From positions 6,448,302 through 6,512,301 of the forward strand of contig MU058065.1 in the NCBI GenBank assembly GCA_013265495.1: 64,000 nucleotides of DNA, in the 5' to 3' direction. The notes beneath the pieces were generated by a model that searched no databases, was not told the origin of the DNA, and saw nothing but the letters and a program-made list of their open reading frames with translations. The position numbers were made by a program, and so were the translations under genes. This document shows positions 39,301 through 51,430 of the stretch, piece by piece. The first letter of the stretch is position 1; each line of letters starts with the position of its first letter. Source of the stretch: Vicugna vicugna. Taxonomy: Eukaryota.

Positions 39301-42300
39301 TGTTCAGGGTCTTCCATCCCAGGAGCTGCTGCCAGGTATGAGGCCAAGGGCCCAGCAGCCTTGAGGAGAGGCAGTTGTTTCTAGTGCTGTGAATATGTGC
39401 ATGAATACGGGAGAATGGCTCAGAAGGACAAGATTACTGGCTGACACGGAAAGGCTTCTAGAAATCCTGGACTGGTCAGAATATATGAGACAAAGAGGAA
39501 GTCTTTGTGACAGTGAATGAAGTTTGGCTTAGACTACACTGTGGCCTTGAAGTTACTTAACCAATATTCTCCTCTGATCACTTTGTAACCTTCTGAGGGC
39601 AGAAGCTAAAATGCCCATCAGTGGCCATAGCCAATGGTAGAATGTCTGTAAACTCCTGTTAGGGCAAGTGGGATTGGGCAGGAGAAGCTGGGGTTATTTT
39701 AAAAAGGAACCTTCAAGGAAGGTAGTGCTTCAGTGATTCTTACTCTTCTTCATCTCGTAAAAAGGGAATGGGGTAAGCACAGGAGCAAGGGGAAATAGAA
39801 AAAACAGGATTCTGATGAGAGAATTTGGCTTGCTAAGACTCATTTGTGCTCTGATGCAAAGAGAAGATTCCTCTTCTGCAAAAAAAGTCATACATTTTTG
39901 CCTTACTGAAGCAGCTGCCTCTGTTGAGGGATAGAAGGGATGGATTTGAAGGCAGAAGGTGTGCCCCTGAATTGCTGAGTTGGGTTTTTCAATAAAAGTT
40001 TAGAGGTCAGGGTTTGTTCACCTGTACTAAGCCACCAGTCATTGGCTCCGGTGATCTGAGCTAGGAAGTATAGTCTCATCTGTCTAGTCTCTACCTCTCT
40101 GCCCCCTCCCCCTCTCCAGTGACCTCAGGGCTCTTACCTTCAGGGGTTCTGAGGTTGGTGTTACCTGAAGTTTGATTTATTTTAGGTTGGAGCATTACTG
40201 ACCGCTGAGCTCCTGGTCTTCCTGTCTTTGTCTTGAGTGGGAATAAATTTATATACTTACAACCCAAGATGCCCTTATGCCATCTAATTGGAAGTGATTC
40301 TTCTAGCCAGTAAGAGCAGAAGTACAAGCACTCAGCACTGCATTGGCTCCTCTAGTCATCAAGTTTTATGTGTCTGCAGCTCCCAGACTGTCCCCAGGAG
40401 AGGGAGAGCCTTCAGAGGAAGCAGGAACACCCATGCCTGGGCAGGACTCAGCTGAAGAGGAGGACGTAGAGGAAGAAGAAGAGAGTGGCAGCCAGAAGAA
40501 CTCTCAGAAAGCCCTGGGGAAAGGCCAGGGGGCTCAGCAATTGGAGGGTAATGATATGATGGATAGGGAGGAATGGACTGTGGGGGCCTGGCATCGAGGC
40601 ACTAAGATTTGGTTTTCTGACCTTTGGTTCAGATCCTTCAGTTCTTAACATTCCACTTCAACATGTCTAGTGGGAAAATGATAAATGGGTACAGTCTCTG
40701 GTAACACAGGGTAGGGGTAAATAGAGTCTGCTTTCAGAGCTGGTGTTTCTCAGGCAGGAAGCCGTCTTGTCTGATACTGAGCCCTCTAGGATTGTTCTTC
40801 TGAATCTTTGTTTCCCAGTTTTCCATCTCAGTAGAATGACATTTGAATCCCACCCCACGGGGAGCATATTTACTGTCAGGTGACTAGGAAAGATCTGATT
40901 GTATTTATTACCAACTCTCTATAAACCCAAACTCAGTGAGACAGTGTTTGGAAGTAGGAGTACTTGACCTTCTCTTCCTTCTCCTCTGCTCACGCCCTGT
41001 GGGGTTTTTTTCCTTCTGACCAACCCTATTTATCCTTCTGCCCATCCCTGTGGTCAAGGGCAGGAAGAACAGATTGCTCCATCTGGATTGCTCTTTTCAG
41101 CTTCTCTAGATAAAGGCTCAGGAATAATGGGTGTCTGGGGCAGTACTTCACTCAGACCTCAGCAAGTTCTGAGAAGTCCTTGTGACTTTGTTTCTCTAAA
41201 TACTTGAATGTCTTGTCTCTTCTTTAAGACTATAATGTTTGAGATGCTATTGTTTGGTTTCCTGAAGAGAAAGGAGCAAGGCCATGCAAGTTTCATCTGG
41301 GCTAATCGTGGTTCTCCCATTATCCGGCCAACCCCTGACCTATCGAAGAATCTCACTCTTAGCCCTCTCTGCCTTTTCCTCCCGCAGGGGATGCGGCTTC
41401 TGGCACCGAGTCTCTCTTCAAGACCCACATGTGTCCAGAATGCAAGCGCTGCTTCAAGAAGCGGACCCATCTGGTGGAGCACCTACATCTTCACTTCCCA
41501 GACCCCAGTCTCCAGTGCCCCAACTGCCAAAAGTTCTTCACTAGTAAGAGCAAGCTCAAGACCCACCTGCTGCGGGAGCTGGGCCAGAAGGCCCACCGCT
41601 GCCCACTGTGCCACTACAGCGCAGTGGAGAGGAATGCACTCAACCGCCACATGGCCAGCATGCATGAGGACATTTCCAACTTCTACTCAGATACCTATGC
41701 CTGTCCTGTCTGCCGTGAGGAGTTCCGCCTCAGCCAGGCCCTTAAGGAGCACCTCAAGAGCCATACCGCGGCAGCAGCAGCAGAGCCGCTGTCCCTCCAC
41801 TGCTTTCAGGAGGGCTGCAGCTTTGCGGCACCTGACCGGAAGGCCTTCGTAAAGCACCTGAAGGAGACCCACGGGGTGCGGGCCGTGGAGTGCCGCCATC
41901 ACTCGTGTCCCATGCTCTTCGCTACAGCGGAAGCCATGGAGTCCCACCACAAAAGCCACTATGCCTTCCACTGCCCCCACTGCGACTTCGCCTGCTCCAA
42001 CAAGCACCTGTTCCGCAAACACAAGAAGCAGGGCCACCCTGGCAGTGAAGAGCTGCGCTGCACCTTCTGCCCGTTTGCCACCTTCAACCCGGTGGCCTAC
42101 CAGGACCACGTGGGCAAGATGCATGCTCATGAGAAGATCCACCAGTGTCCTGAGTGCAACTTTGCCACTGCCCACAAGAGGGTGCTTATCCGCCACATGC
42201 TGCTGCATACCGGTGAGATGGCTTCCCTCCACCCCTGCAGTCATATAATAATGGTGATGATGGTGATGATAATGGTAAATGGGAGCTTTTACTGTGTACC

Positions 42301-45300
42301 AGACACAGGGAGGGCTTTGCATACACTACATAGGTCTCATTTGGCCTACTAGTCCTAGAGGTAAATCTAGTATTTGCAGTTCACAGATGAACCTTGAGTG
42401 GCACTCAGCTCATAATGGGATCAGGCTACGACTTGAATCCAGGCAGTCTGATCCAGAGCCTGTGCTCTAACCACTGTGCTGTTATACCTCACATGTAAGG
42501 CCCTGTCCAGTTCTGCCCACCCTTAGGCGGGCTTGGGAGGGTCAACATCCAGTCTATTAAAGCAAAGAAACCCAGACCAGGACAGATACCTTCCTTGGCA
42601 TTTCAAGTTTTGGGATATGCTGTGAGAGATGGGGTGAGCCATCCACATACTTCATAGCCTTGGCAGCCATGACACTAAAACGATCACTTCTGGTGACCAG
42701 GAAGTTGCACGTGTTTCAACTCAGACTCTTAATTGGTTACCAGCATCACTGATGCTTCGAATAAAAACCAGACCAGGCTTCCTGCTATAGCGTCATCCCA
42801 TTTGTGATCGTGATATCAGCATCGGTAGATTGACAAGACAAAAATCTAATCAAAGATTCTTTAGTTTGTGGGAACAGTTTTTAGGCAGCTTTTGACAAAG
42901 CCATTGTTGTTGCCGTTAAACAGTTCCTGTCTATACAGACTTCAGTCACAAAGTCTCATTTTTCTGAGGCCTTTCTTGAAACCTCACATCTATACAGACA
43001 TACTTTCTTTTATTGCACTTCACTTTATTGTGCTTAGCAATTTTATAAATTGAAGGTTTGTGGCAACTGTGTGTTGTCAGATGATGGTTAGCACTTTTTA
43101 GCAATAAAGTATTTTTAAATTAAGGTATGTACATTGTTTTGTTAGACATAATGCTTTTTAAAAATTTTTTTGTTTTGTTTTGGGGGGATAATTAGGTTTA
43201 TTTATTTATTATTTTTTGTTTTTTACTTAATGGATGTGCTGGGGATCAAACCCTTGACCTCGTGCATGCTAGGCATGCGCTCTACCACTAAGCTATACCC
43301 TCCCCCCAGACATAATGCTATTGCACACTTAATAGACTACAGTATAGTGTGTGAACATAATTTTTATGGGTACTGGGAAACCAAAAAATTTGTGTGACTC
43401 TGTGTTGTGCTGTTTGCTTTATTGCAGTGGTCTGGAACTGCAGTCTCCGAGGTGTGCTTGTGTAGCACTTTATAATTTACAGTTCTTTCATATGTATTAT
43501 CTCATTTAATCTATAATAACAATCTTATAAAGAAGGCAGATAAAGGTGAGAAACCCTGAACATTTAAATGGCCTGTTTCACACAACTAGTATCAGAACCA
43601 GAGCCAGAACACCATGTTGCTTGCCTTTGACGATAGGGAGAGGAGCTGGGTGGGAGGGCAGGGATAACAGGGAAGGGTCCTGAAGGAACATAGCCCCAGC
43701 CTCTCTTCTCAGTGCCAGGTCTTGGCCAACTACAGGGACAGCTTGTCCTTGAGTCCTCACTGGGCACCACTGAGGACTCTGGGACGTGTCATAAATGAGT
43801 GGGTCAGCACTTCATATCAACCATGTGAGGTCAGTATTTTTGTTTCCCCCTTTTTGGAAACCAGGAAACTGAGACTTAGAGGGGTTAAATGACCTACCCA
43901 AGGCCACACAGTAGTAAGCTGGGGTTTTAACCAATGCTTAATAGCTCTCTGGTTTCTCTGTGCCTCAGCTCCTTCCTCTGTAAAATGGGGTAATCATAAC
44001 CCTTGTCTCATAGGGCTGTTGTGAGGATTCAGTAAGAGGTGGCATTTTTATAAAGTGCTCAAGTGCCTGGCACTTAGTACTATATAAATGTTGGCTATCA
44101 CTACCTTTATTACTGTGTTGGACTTCAGAGTCAGAGTTGTTAACCACTGTGTTGTATTGCCTAATTTTTTCTCCATCTCTTCCACAAAACTGGAAGGAAT
44201 TGGGCTAAGTGGAGCAGTTAGCCATTAGTGCCAATAAGCTGTATAACAAATCCAGAATGGACTTTAAAACTAGTTTTGAAAAGCTGGATCTTCAGTTCCC
44301 CACTTCATTGGTGTTGGGGTGGAGGGGCAGACATCTGAGACGGCCGTGAAGCAGCATTGACTCTTGTGATCAGCACCTCAGCTTTCACTCCTGCTGGGCA
44401 CCAGGGTGAGCTTGCTGGGGAAAGTGGTCTGTCCACTCACTCGATCCATGTCTGACCTCTGTTCTCTCCCCTCTCCCCTCCACCCCCACATAAGGCGAGA
44501 AACCGCACAAGTGTGAGCTGTGCGACTTCACCTGCCGAGATGTAAGCTACCTATCCAAGCACATGCTGACCCACTCCAACACCAAGGATTACATGTGCAC
44601 TGAGTGTGGCTATGTCACCAAGTGGAAGCACTACCTCAGTGTGCACATGCGGAAACACGCAGGGGACCTCAGGTATGAGCACTCGCATGCCTCCGGCCCT
44701 ATCCTAAGAACCCAGTGCTAAGCTCGCCTCCTCTCGAAGTCAACTTCTGGCCCCGTTGCTCTTCTAGCCCCGGAGAGACTCTTCATAACGCCCCTCTCTG
44801 CTCCTGTCATCTTGGCTCCACTGCCTGTAGCTGACCTCTGTGCATGTGGCCCAGTCTGCATGGTGAGAGCTCTCTGGGCTCAAGGAAGGGAGTGTAGACC
44901 CAAAGTAGAGGCCCAGAGACTAAGTTATCACCTGAGCTCTCAGAGTCCAGTCCTGGTGAAGTAGATGGACTATACTTGTGGCCCGAATCCAGGCCACTGC
45001 CAAATCCAGGCAAGTCCCCCTCTGATCTGTGGGCATAGCTGGCTAGGGGGTTTCTTCTTAGCTTTCATGCCTCCAGGGAGGTTGGAAACTAGGCACAGAA
45101 ACCTGCCCCGTGGGGCTGTAGCCATGTCAGCTCCTCGAAAGTCCACAGAGGGTTGCTGATTCACGATATCTTCCCTTTAAAAAGCAATGTAGAGTAGGGG
45201 ATAGAACACAAGCCCAAGTCTCTGCTTGGCATTATTAATTTTTGTGCTTTGGTCTCCTCACTTAGGAAATAGAGATACCTATTTCATAGGGTAGTGGAAA

Positions 45301-48300
45301 AGACAAATTAGATGATGCATGTGCAATATTGAGTGTAGAGCCTGGCCCATAGTATGTATTTATTTAGTGACTGGTAGTTGATGTGACTGATTTACAGTTG
45401 TGATCTTCCCTCCTAACCAGATACCAGTGCAACCAGTGCTCCTATCGCTGCCACCGGGCTGATCAGCTGAGTAGCCACAAGCTGCGGCACCAGGGCAAGT
45501 CCCTGATGTGTGAAGTGTGTGCCTTTGCTTGCAAGCGGAAGTATGAGCTGCAGAAGCACATGGCTTCCCAGCACCACCCCGGAACGCCAGCCCCGCTCTA
45601 CCCCTGCCGCTACTGCAGCTACCAGAGCCGCCACAAGCAGGCGCTGCTGAGCCATGAGAACTGTAAGCATACCCGCCTCCGCGAGTTCCGCTGCGCCCTC
45701 TGTGACTACCGCACCTTCAGCAACACCACCCTCTTCTTCCACAAGCGCAAGGTCCATGGTTATGTGCCTGGGGACCAAGTCTGGCAGCTCCGCTGTGCCA
45801 GCCAGGAGCCAGAGGAGGCCACGCAGTGCCCAACACCCTCACCAGACTCAGAGCGGTCAAGCCAGCTGTCTGCCCAGCCTGAGGGGCCAGACCATGACCC
45901 TGGGACTGTGGTGGACCCCAGCTTGGACCAGGCCCTGCCAGAGGTCAGCGAGGAAGACAGTGCCAGGAGACAGGACAGCAATGAGGTTTCCCAAGGGGAT
46001 GACCTGGTTGGCAGCCCCAGTCCAGCGGCGGTGGATGAAGGCAGCTGCACACTACACTTAGAGGCCCTGGGAGTGGAACTGGAACCTGTGGCCGACCCAC
46101 CCCTTGAGGAGATCACTGAAACTGCCCCCGTGGAGTTCAGGCCTCTGGATCCCTCTGGGCCCCTGAGCCTAGAAGGGCCAGATAGAACTTTGACAGAGTT
46201 GTCTACCTTTGAAAGTGCTGGAACTTCTGGCATGAGTGTTGAAGAAGAGCCCATTCTGGAAAAGCCAGACTCTGAGCCCCCTAGAAATCCTCCTTCCTCA
46301 GAGGAGCCCCCTAACAGCTGGATGGGAACCTTGAAGGCAACTCCACCCACCGAGACAGCACCCCTGCCCCAGTTCCCTGAATCAGAGTCATTACTCAAGG
46401 CCCTAAGGAAGCAGGACAAAGAACAGGCAGAGGCGCTGGTGTTGGAGGGGCGGGTTCAGATGGTAGTGATACAGGGAGAGGGGCGGGCTTTCCGTTGCCC
46501 GCACTGCCCTTTCATCACCCGCCGGGAGAAGGCCCTGAATCTGCACTCCAGGACTGGGTGCCAGGGCCGCCGAGAGCCCCTGCTGTGTCCTGAGTGTGGG
46601 GCCAACTTCAAGCAACAGCGTGGCCTCAGCACCCATCTGCTGAAGAAGTGCCCTGTTCTGCTCAGAAAGAACAAGGGCTTGCCCAGACCAGATTCACCCA
46701 TCCCTCTGAATCCTCTGCCCTCAGACACCCAGGCCTCAGAGGACGCAGAAGGTGGGAAGCCCCCACCTGCACCATTAGAAGTAGAGGTTTTGCTAGCAAA
46801 AGATGCTCCTTCTGAGCTTCCTGGAGAGCCAGAAAAGACAGAAGAGCCTCGTGCCACTCTCTCTGGCTCCACAGCCCTTCCTGCAGTAAACTCCTCACCC
46901 ACAGAGGCCCCTGAGAAGTTCCGCTTTGAGCAGGGCAAATTTCACTGCAACTCCTGCACATTCCTTTGTTCTCGGCTCTCCTCCATTACCTCTCATGTGG
47001 CTGAAGGCTGCCGGGGTGGCCGTGGTGGGGGAGGAAAGCGAGGAGCCTCCCAGACCCAGCCTGTTGTGTCCCCACTAAGCAGCGGGGACTCTGCTCCCCT
47101 AAGCAGTGGAGATACAGAGTGTGGCCCTGGTGATGGAGATACGGCTCTGGTTCCAAAGCAGAAGGGGGCTCGCTTCTCCTGCCCCACGTGCCCCTTTAGC
47201 TGCCAGCAGGAGCGGGCTCTGAGGACTCACCAGACCCGGGGCTGCCCCCTTGAGCCATCTGGAGAGCTGCACTGTGGCCTCTGCCCCTTCACTGCTCCTG
47301 CTGCTGCTGCCCTGAGGCTCCACCAGAAGCGGAGGCACCCCACTGCAGCCCCGGCCCGCAGCCCCCGGCCCCCTCTTCAATGTGGGGACTGTGGCTTCAC
47401 CTGTAAACAGAGCCGGTGCCTACAGCAGCACCGGCGGCTCAAGCATGAGGGAGTGAAGCCACATCAATGCCCTTTCTGTGACTTTTCCACCACCAGGCGG
47501 TACCGGTTGGAAGCTCACCAGTCCCGACACACAGGTATTGGCCGCATCCCTTGTAGCTCCTGTCCCCAGACATTTGGTACCAACTCAAAACTGCGCTTGC
47601 ACCGGCTGAGGGTACATGACAAAACACCCACCCACTTCTGTCCTCTCTGTGACTATAGTGGCTACCTTCGCCATGACATCACTCGCCATGTCAACAGCTG
47701 CCACCAGGGCACCCCAGCCTTTGCCTGCCCCCAGTGTGAGGCCCAGTTCAGCTCTGAGACGGCACTCAAGCAGCATGCTCTGCGCCGGCATCCCGAGCCG
47801 GCACCGCAAGCCCCTGGCTCTCCCACAGAGGCCACCGAGGGCCCCCTGCACTGCTCCCGCTGTGGGTTGCTGTGCCCCAGCCCCGCCAGCCTGCGAGGCC
47901 ACACCCGGAAACAGCACCCACGGCTTGAATGTGGGGCCTGTCAGGAGGCCTTCCCCAGCCGGCCAGCACTGGATGAGCACCGGAGGCAGCAGCATTTCAG
48001 CCACCGCTGCCAGCTCTGTGACTTTGCTGCCCGGGAGCGGGCAGGCCTGGTGAAGCACTACTTGGAACAGCATGAGGAGACTTCAGCAGCAGCAGCAGCA
48101 GCAGCCTCAGCTGAGGATGGAGATGCTGGCCAGCCCCCCTTGCGCTGCCCCTTTTGTGACTTTGCGTGCCGCCATCAGCTGGTGCTGGACCACCACGTGA
48201 AAGGGCATGGGGGTACCCGGCTCTACAAGTGCACTGACTGTGCTTACAGCACCAAGAACCGGCAGAAGATCACCTGGCATAGTCGCATCCACACCGGGGA

Positions 48301-50490
48301 AAAGCCTTACCGTTGTCACCTCTGTCCCTATGCCTGTGCTGACCCTTCTCGCCTCAAGGTAAGGTCAGGGGGCAGGGCCACAAATGGAAGAAATGCAGGT
48401 TGTGGAATTAAACTACCTGGGTTCTCTAATCCTGACTCTTCCAAATACTAGCTTTATGACCTTGGTCAAGTCCCTTAATTTCTCCATGCCTCAGCTTCCT
48501 CATCTGTAAAAAGGGGATAATACTTCATAGGGTTGTTGCAAAGATAAAATTCCATAATATGTGCTTGGCATGTGATAAAAGTGTGTAATAGGTTGGGGAT
48601 AATCTAGATAACAGCTAGAATTTATTGAGCACTTATGCTGTATGCCAGACACTAATCCTTTCAAAAATACGACATAGTAACTTTTACAGTTTCCCATTTT
48701 ACAGATTAATAAACTGAGAATTAGGGGTTAGGCACCCAACGACAGCTAATAAGGCAGAGCTGAGAGAGGACAGACCTGCGGGTAGGCCAAATGGGTTAGG
48801 GGGGTACCAGAGTAACTGGCCTAGGGAACATGATTGGCAATGGGGGAACATGGGTAGGATCAGAGCAGGGAACAGAATTATCTGCCAGCAGTTTCTCAGC
48901 CTGCTTGCCCTGTTTCCACATCCAGTGTGTACCAAGGGGTGCGCATTTTTTGGGTATATTCTTTGCTCTTTCAAACTCCTCCAGTACCATATGCGGATTC
49001 ACAAGGAGGAACGGAAGTATCTCTGCCCTGATTGTGGCTACAAGTGCAAGTGGGTCAACCAGCTCAAGTACCACATGACCAAGCACACAGGTGAGTCTGC
49101 GTGGTTTTGACAGGCCCAAGGGCTTCCCCTGTTCCCTGGCACACCCAGCCTCTATGACGTGGTGTATATCTTTACTCAGATTCGGGGCGCACAGCAGTGT
49201 TCACCTTAAGGATAGCAGGTAGGCTAAGAAGCCAGAATAGCTTCCCAATCCACTGAAAACCCATCTGAATCAACCTGAGAGTCTGGGCACATGTACTTTG
49301 CAAAAGCTTCTGGGGAGATTGTGGCACAAGGCCACCCACCTCTTGTTGAGAACCTCCCAACTCAAACATGAGTGACTGAGCAGGTCTACCTGCACAGGCA
49401 GGATGAAACTGTCATGAGTAAGGAGAAAGTAGAGGGGTTCACCTATTTTAACTTGTCCTTTTTTTCCCTTCTGGGTACAAAGTCCATGGACCACAGGTTC
49501 TCAGAAATGGGTTCATGATGATATGCTGTGATTTTTGCATATGGTCCCGCATGTAAAGGAATTAACCAGATGTATTTCAAGGCCTTCTGTATCTATGAAT
49601 ACTACTTCTTTCACTTTTACCCGTTCCCTCTTAAGCATCTTTTTGTACTTCTTGAGTTGAACAAAGAGTTGTATTTAAATAGATTCCCATTTCCATGAGT
49701 ACTCCATGACCAAAAGGGGGTCAGAATTCCCCTTGTAGAAACCTCATCATATTTGAGTATTTATCACCATCAGGTGGCTACTTAGGGGTCCAGTTAGTTA
49801 CCAGCATCCATTGAGCACTCACTGTATACTAAAGGGGCTGTGTTGGGAGAAGGACACACCAGTGTCAGACAGGACTGGAACATTCCAAAGACATAGTCAT
49901 CATTCACTTTGCTGCTTGTATTCTTTATGTCCCAGGATCACAGTGACTCTTCTGATCCACAGATCCTTGTTCCACCTCCTTCAGTGGTGATTTGTCCCCT
50001 GTCCTTGCCCTGTCCTACAGGACTGAAGCCATACCAGTGCCCTGAGTGTGAGTACTGTACCAACCGGGCTGACGCACTGCGAGTGCACCAGGAGACGCGC
50101 CACCGGGAAGCTCGGGCCTTCATGTGTGAACAGTGCGGCAAGGCCTTCAAGACGCGCTTCCTACTGCGCACCCACCTCCGCAAGCACAGCGAGGCCAAGC
50201 CCTACGTGTGCAATGTGTGCCACCGCGCTTTCCGCTGGGCCGCAGGCCTCCGCCATCACGCCCTCACCCACACCGACCGCCACCCCTTCTTCTGCCGCCT
50301 CTGCAGCTACAAGGCCAAGCAGAAATTCCAGGTGGTCAAGCACGTGCGCAGGCACCACCCTGACCAGGCTGACCCAAACCAAGGCGTGGGCAAAGACCCC
50401 ACCACCCCCACAGTGCACCTGCATGATGTGCAGTTGGAGGACCCCAGCCCTCCTGCTCCTGCTGCTCCCCAAACTGGACCTGAGGGCTGA
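36383..50490 (+). CDS. ZNF142: Zinc finger protein 142, complete, 8 coding exons; 1854 aa with the 600-nt cassette exon, 1654 aa without
   Basis: Exons 36383-36662, 38736-39335, 40380-40547, 41388-42212, 44495-44672, 45421-48358, 48985-49090, 50021-50490. Total 5565 nt with consistent phases. Starts MTEPLLDSQPANSAGEMDGLCPELLLIPPPL; many C2H2 fingers with TGEKP-type linkers; ends PAAPQTGPEG. Confidence 0.95.
37350..38090 (+). mobile_element. Degraded L1M(E)-type fragment
   Basis: A-rich, with L1-like TGACCCAGTAATTCTACTTCTAGG and TGGAAACAAC motifs. Confidence 0.6.
42995..43460 (+). mobile_element. Internally deleted Tigger1-like DNA transposon, interrupted by the SINE
   Basis: Degenerate terminal inverted repeats CAGACATAC...CGAGGTGTGCTTG, a 5' TA, and Tigger1-like internal sequence that resumes after the SINE TSD. 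Confidence 0.7.
43156..43307 (-). mobile_element. tRNA-derived SINE of the same family, with a 12-bp TSD
   Basis: Reverse complement begins GGGGGGAGGGTATAGCTTAGTGGTAGAGCGCATGCC; TSD AGACATAATGCT at 43144-43155 and 43308-43319. Confidence 0.88.
43800..44155. mobile_element. Adjacent MIR fragments in opposite orientations
   Basis: GGAAACTGAGACTTAGAGGGGTTAAATGACC (-) followed by TGCCTCAG...CTGTAAAATGGGG (+). Confidence 0.65.
48390..48745. mobile_element. Adjacent MIR fragments in opposite orientations
   Basis: GCCTCAGCTTCCTCATCTGTAAAA (+) then CCCATTTTACAGAT...AAACTGAG (-). Confidence 0.65.
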
Positions 50491-51314
50491 GAGTGCCTTC
50501 CCTGCCCACCGCCCCCCCACCATTCCCCAAACTTCCCAGACAAGAAGAGGGTGTGAGCCAAGATGTGCAGACTGGAACCAGAGCTAGCCTGAGGAGCTCA
50601 GAGCAGAAGGAAGGGCTGGCGTCAGGGTGTCAGAGGCTGGAACCCTCCTGGGACTCTGGATGTAGTACTTGGAAGTTGATATAAAAGACATGGACCACAT
50701 GTTGATTTCTTGTTGAGGCGCACTGTGTTTTTAACCTGTGAGTTCCTAATTTCTCCACCGTCATTCCACCGAAGTCCCTAGCTGTAAGAGCTTGCTTTTA
50801 CCCATTTCTTCTTTTCTTTCCTTCTTACTATGTCAAGTCCTTGTTTTCTTTCAGCGTTCTCAAAACAGTTGTATCTAACTGCATGTGCTGTTGTGCCCAC
50901 TGCTCTGTAAAGCATGGTAAAATGACGGTAGCTTGTACAGATTCGTCCAAGTCCCTGACTTAACATTGCCAAGCTGTCATTTCAGTCTGCCCTGTGCTCT
51001 CTTAGACCTCTGTCTCTCCTTTGTCTCCTTCCATCTTCACTGAGGGACTGATTCTGAAACAGGCCCAGGTCTGCCTCCTCTCTCCTTGAGCTTCTCTCAG
51101 CCCTTGTCCTGCTCCCTATTGCCAAGCCCTTTTGTCTACCTGTAGAGGGAGGATTGCCACCCACTAAGCCTCCTCCTCCTGGAAGCAGCTTTGATTCAAC
51201 ATCCATCCTCAGACTGGCTCAGCAGCAGCACTATAGTTAAAGCACAAGGACAGGGTGAAATACATACAGTTGGGGAGGTAAATCTCTAACCCAGAATTCT
51301 GTCAGGACTTCACA

Positions 51315-51430
51315 ATGACTGGATAATTAATCATCCAAACTGGGACACACTCGGAAAATTGAAGAGGGTACTATTAATAATTATGCTGAGACACCAGACA
51401 CAAACCAGGATTATTCCAGGCAAACTCTTC
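51315..51430 (+). mobile_element. MER96-like hAT fossil between the ZNF142 and PLCD4 3' ends
   Basis: ATCATCCAAACTGGGACAC...CTATTAATAATTATGCTG resembles the MER96-type consensus as I remember it. Confidence 0.45.

Noticed and set aside
41687..48319. Long antisense and alternate-frame ORFs over ZNF142 exons
   Set aside because: Shadows of GC-rich zinc-finger codon usage, with no independent support.
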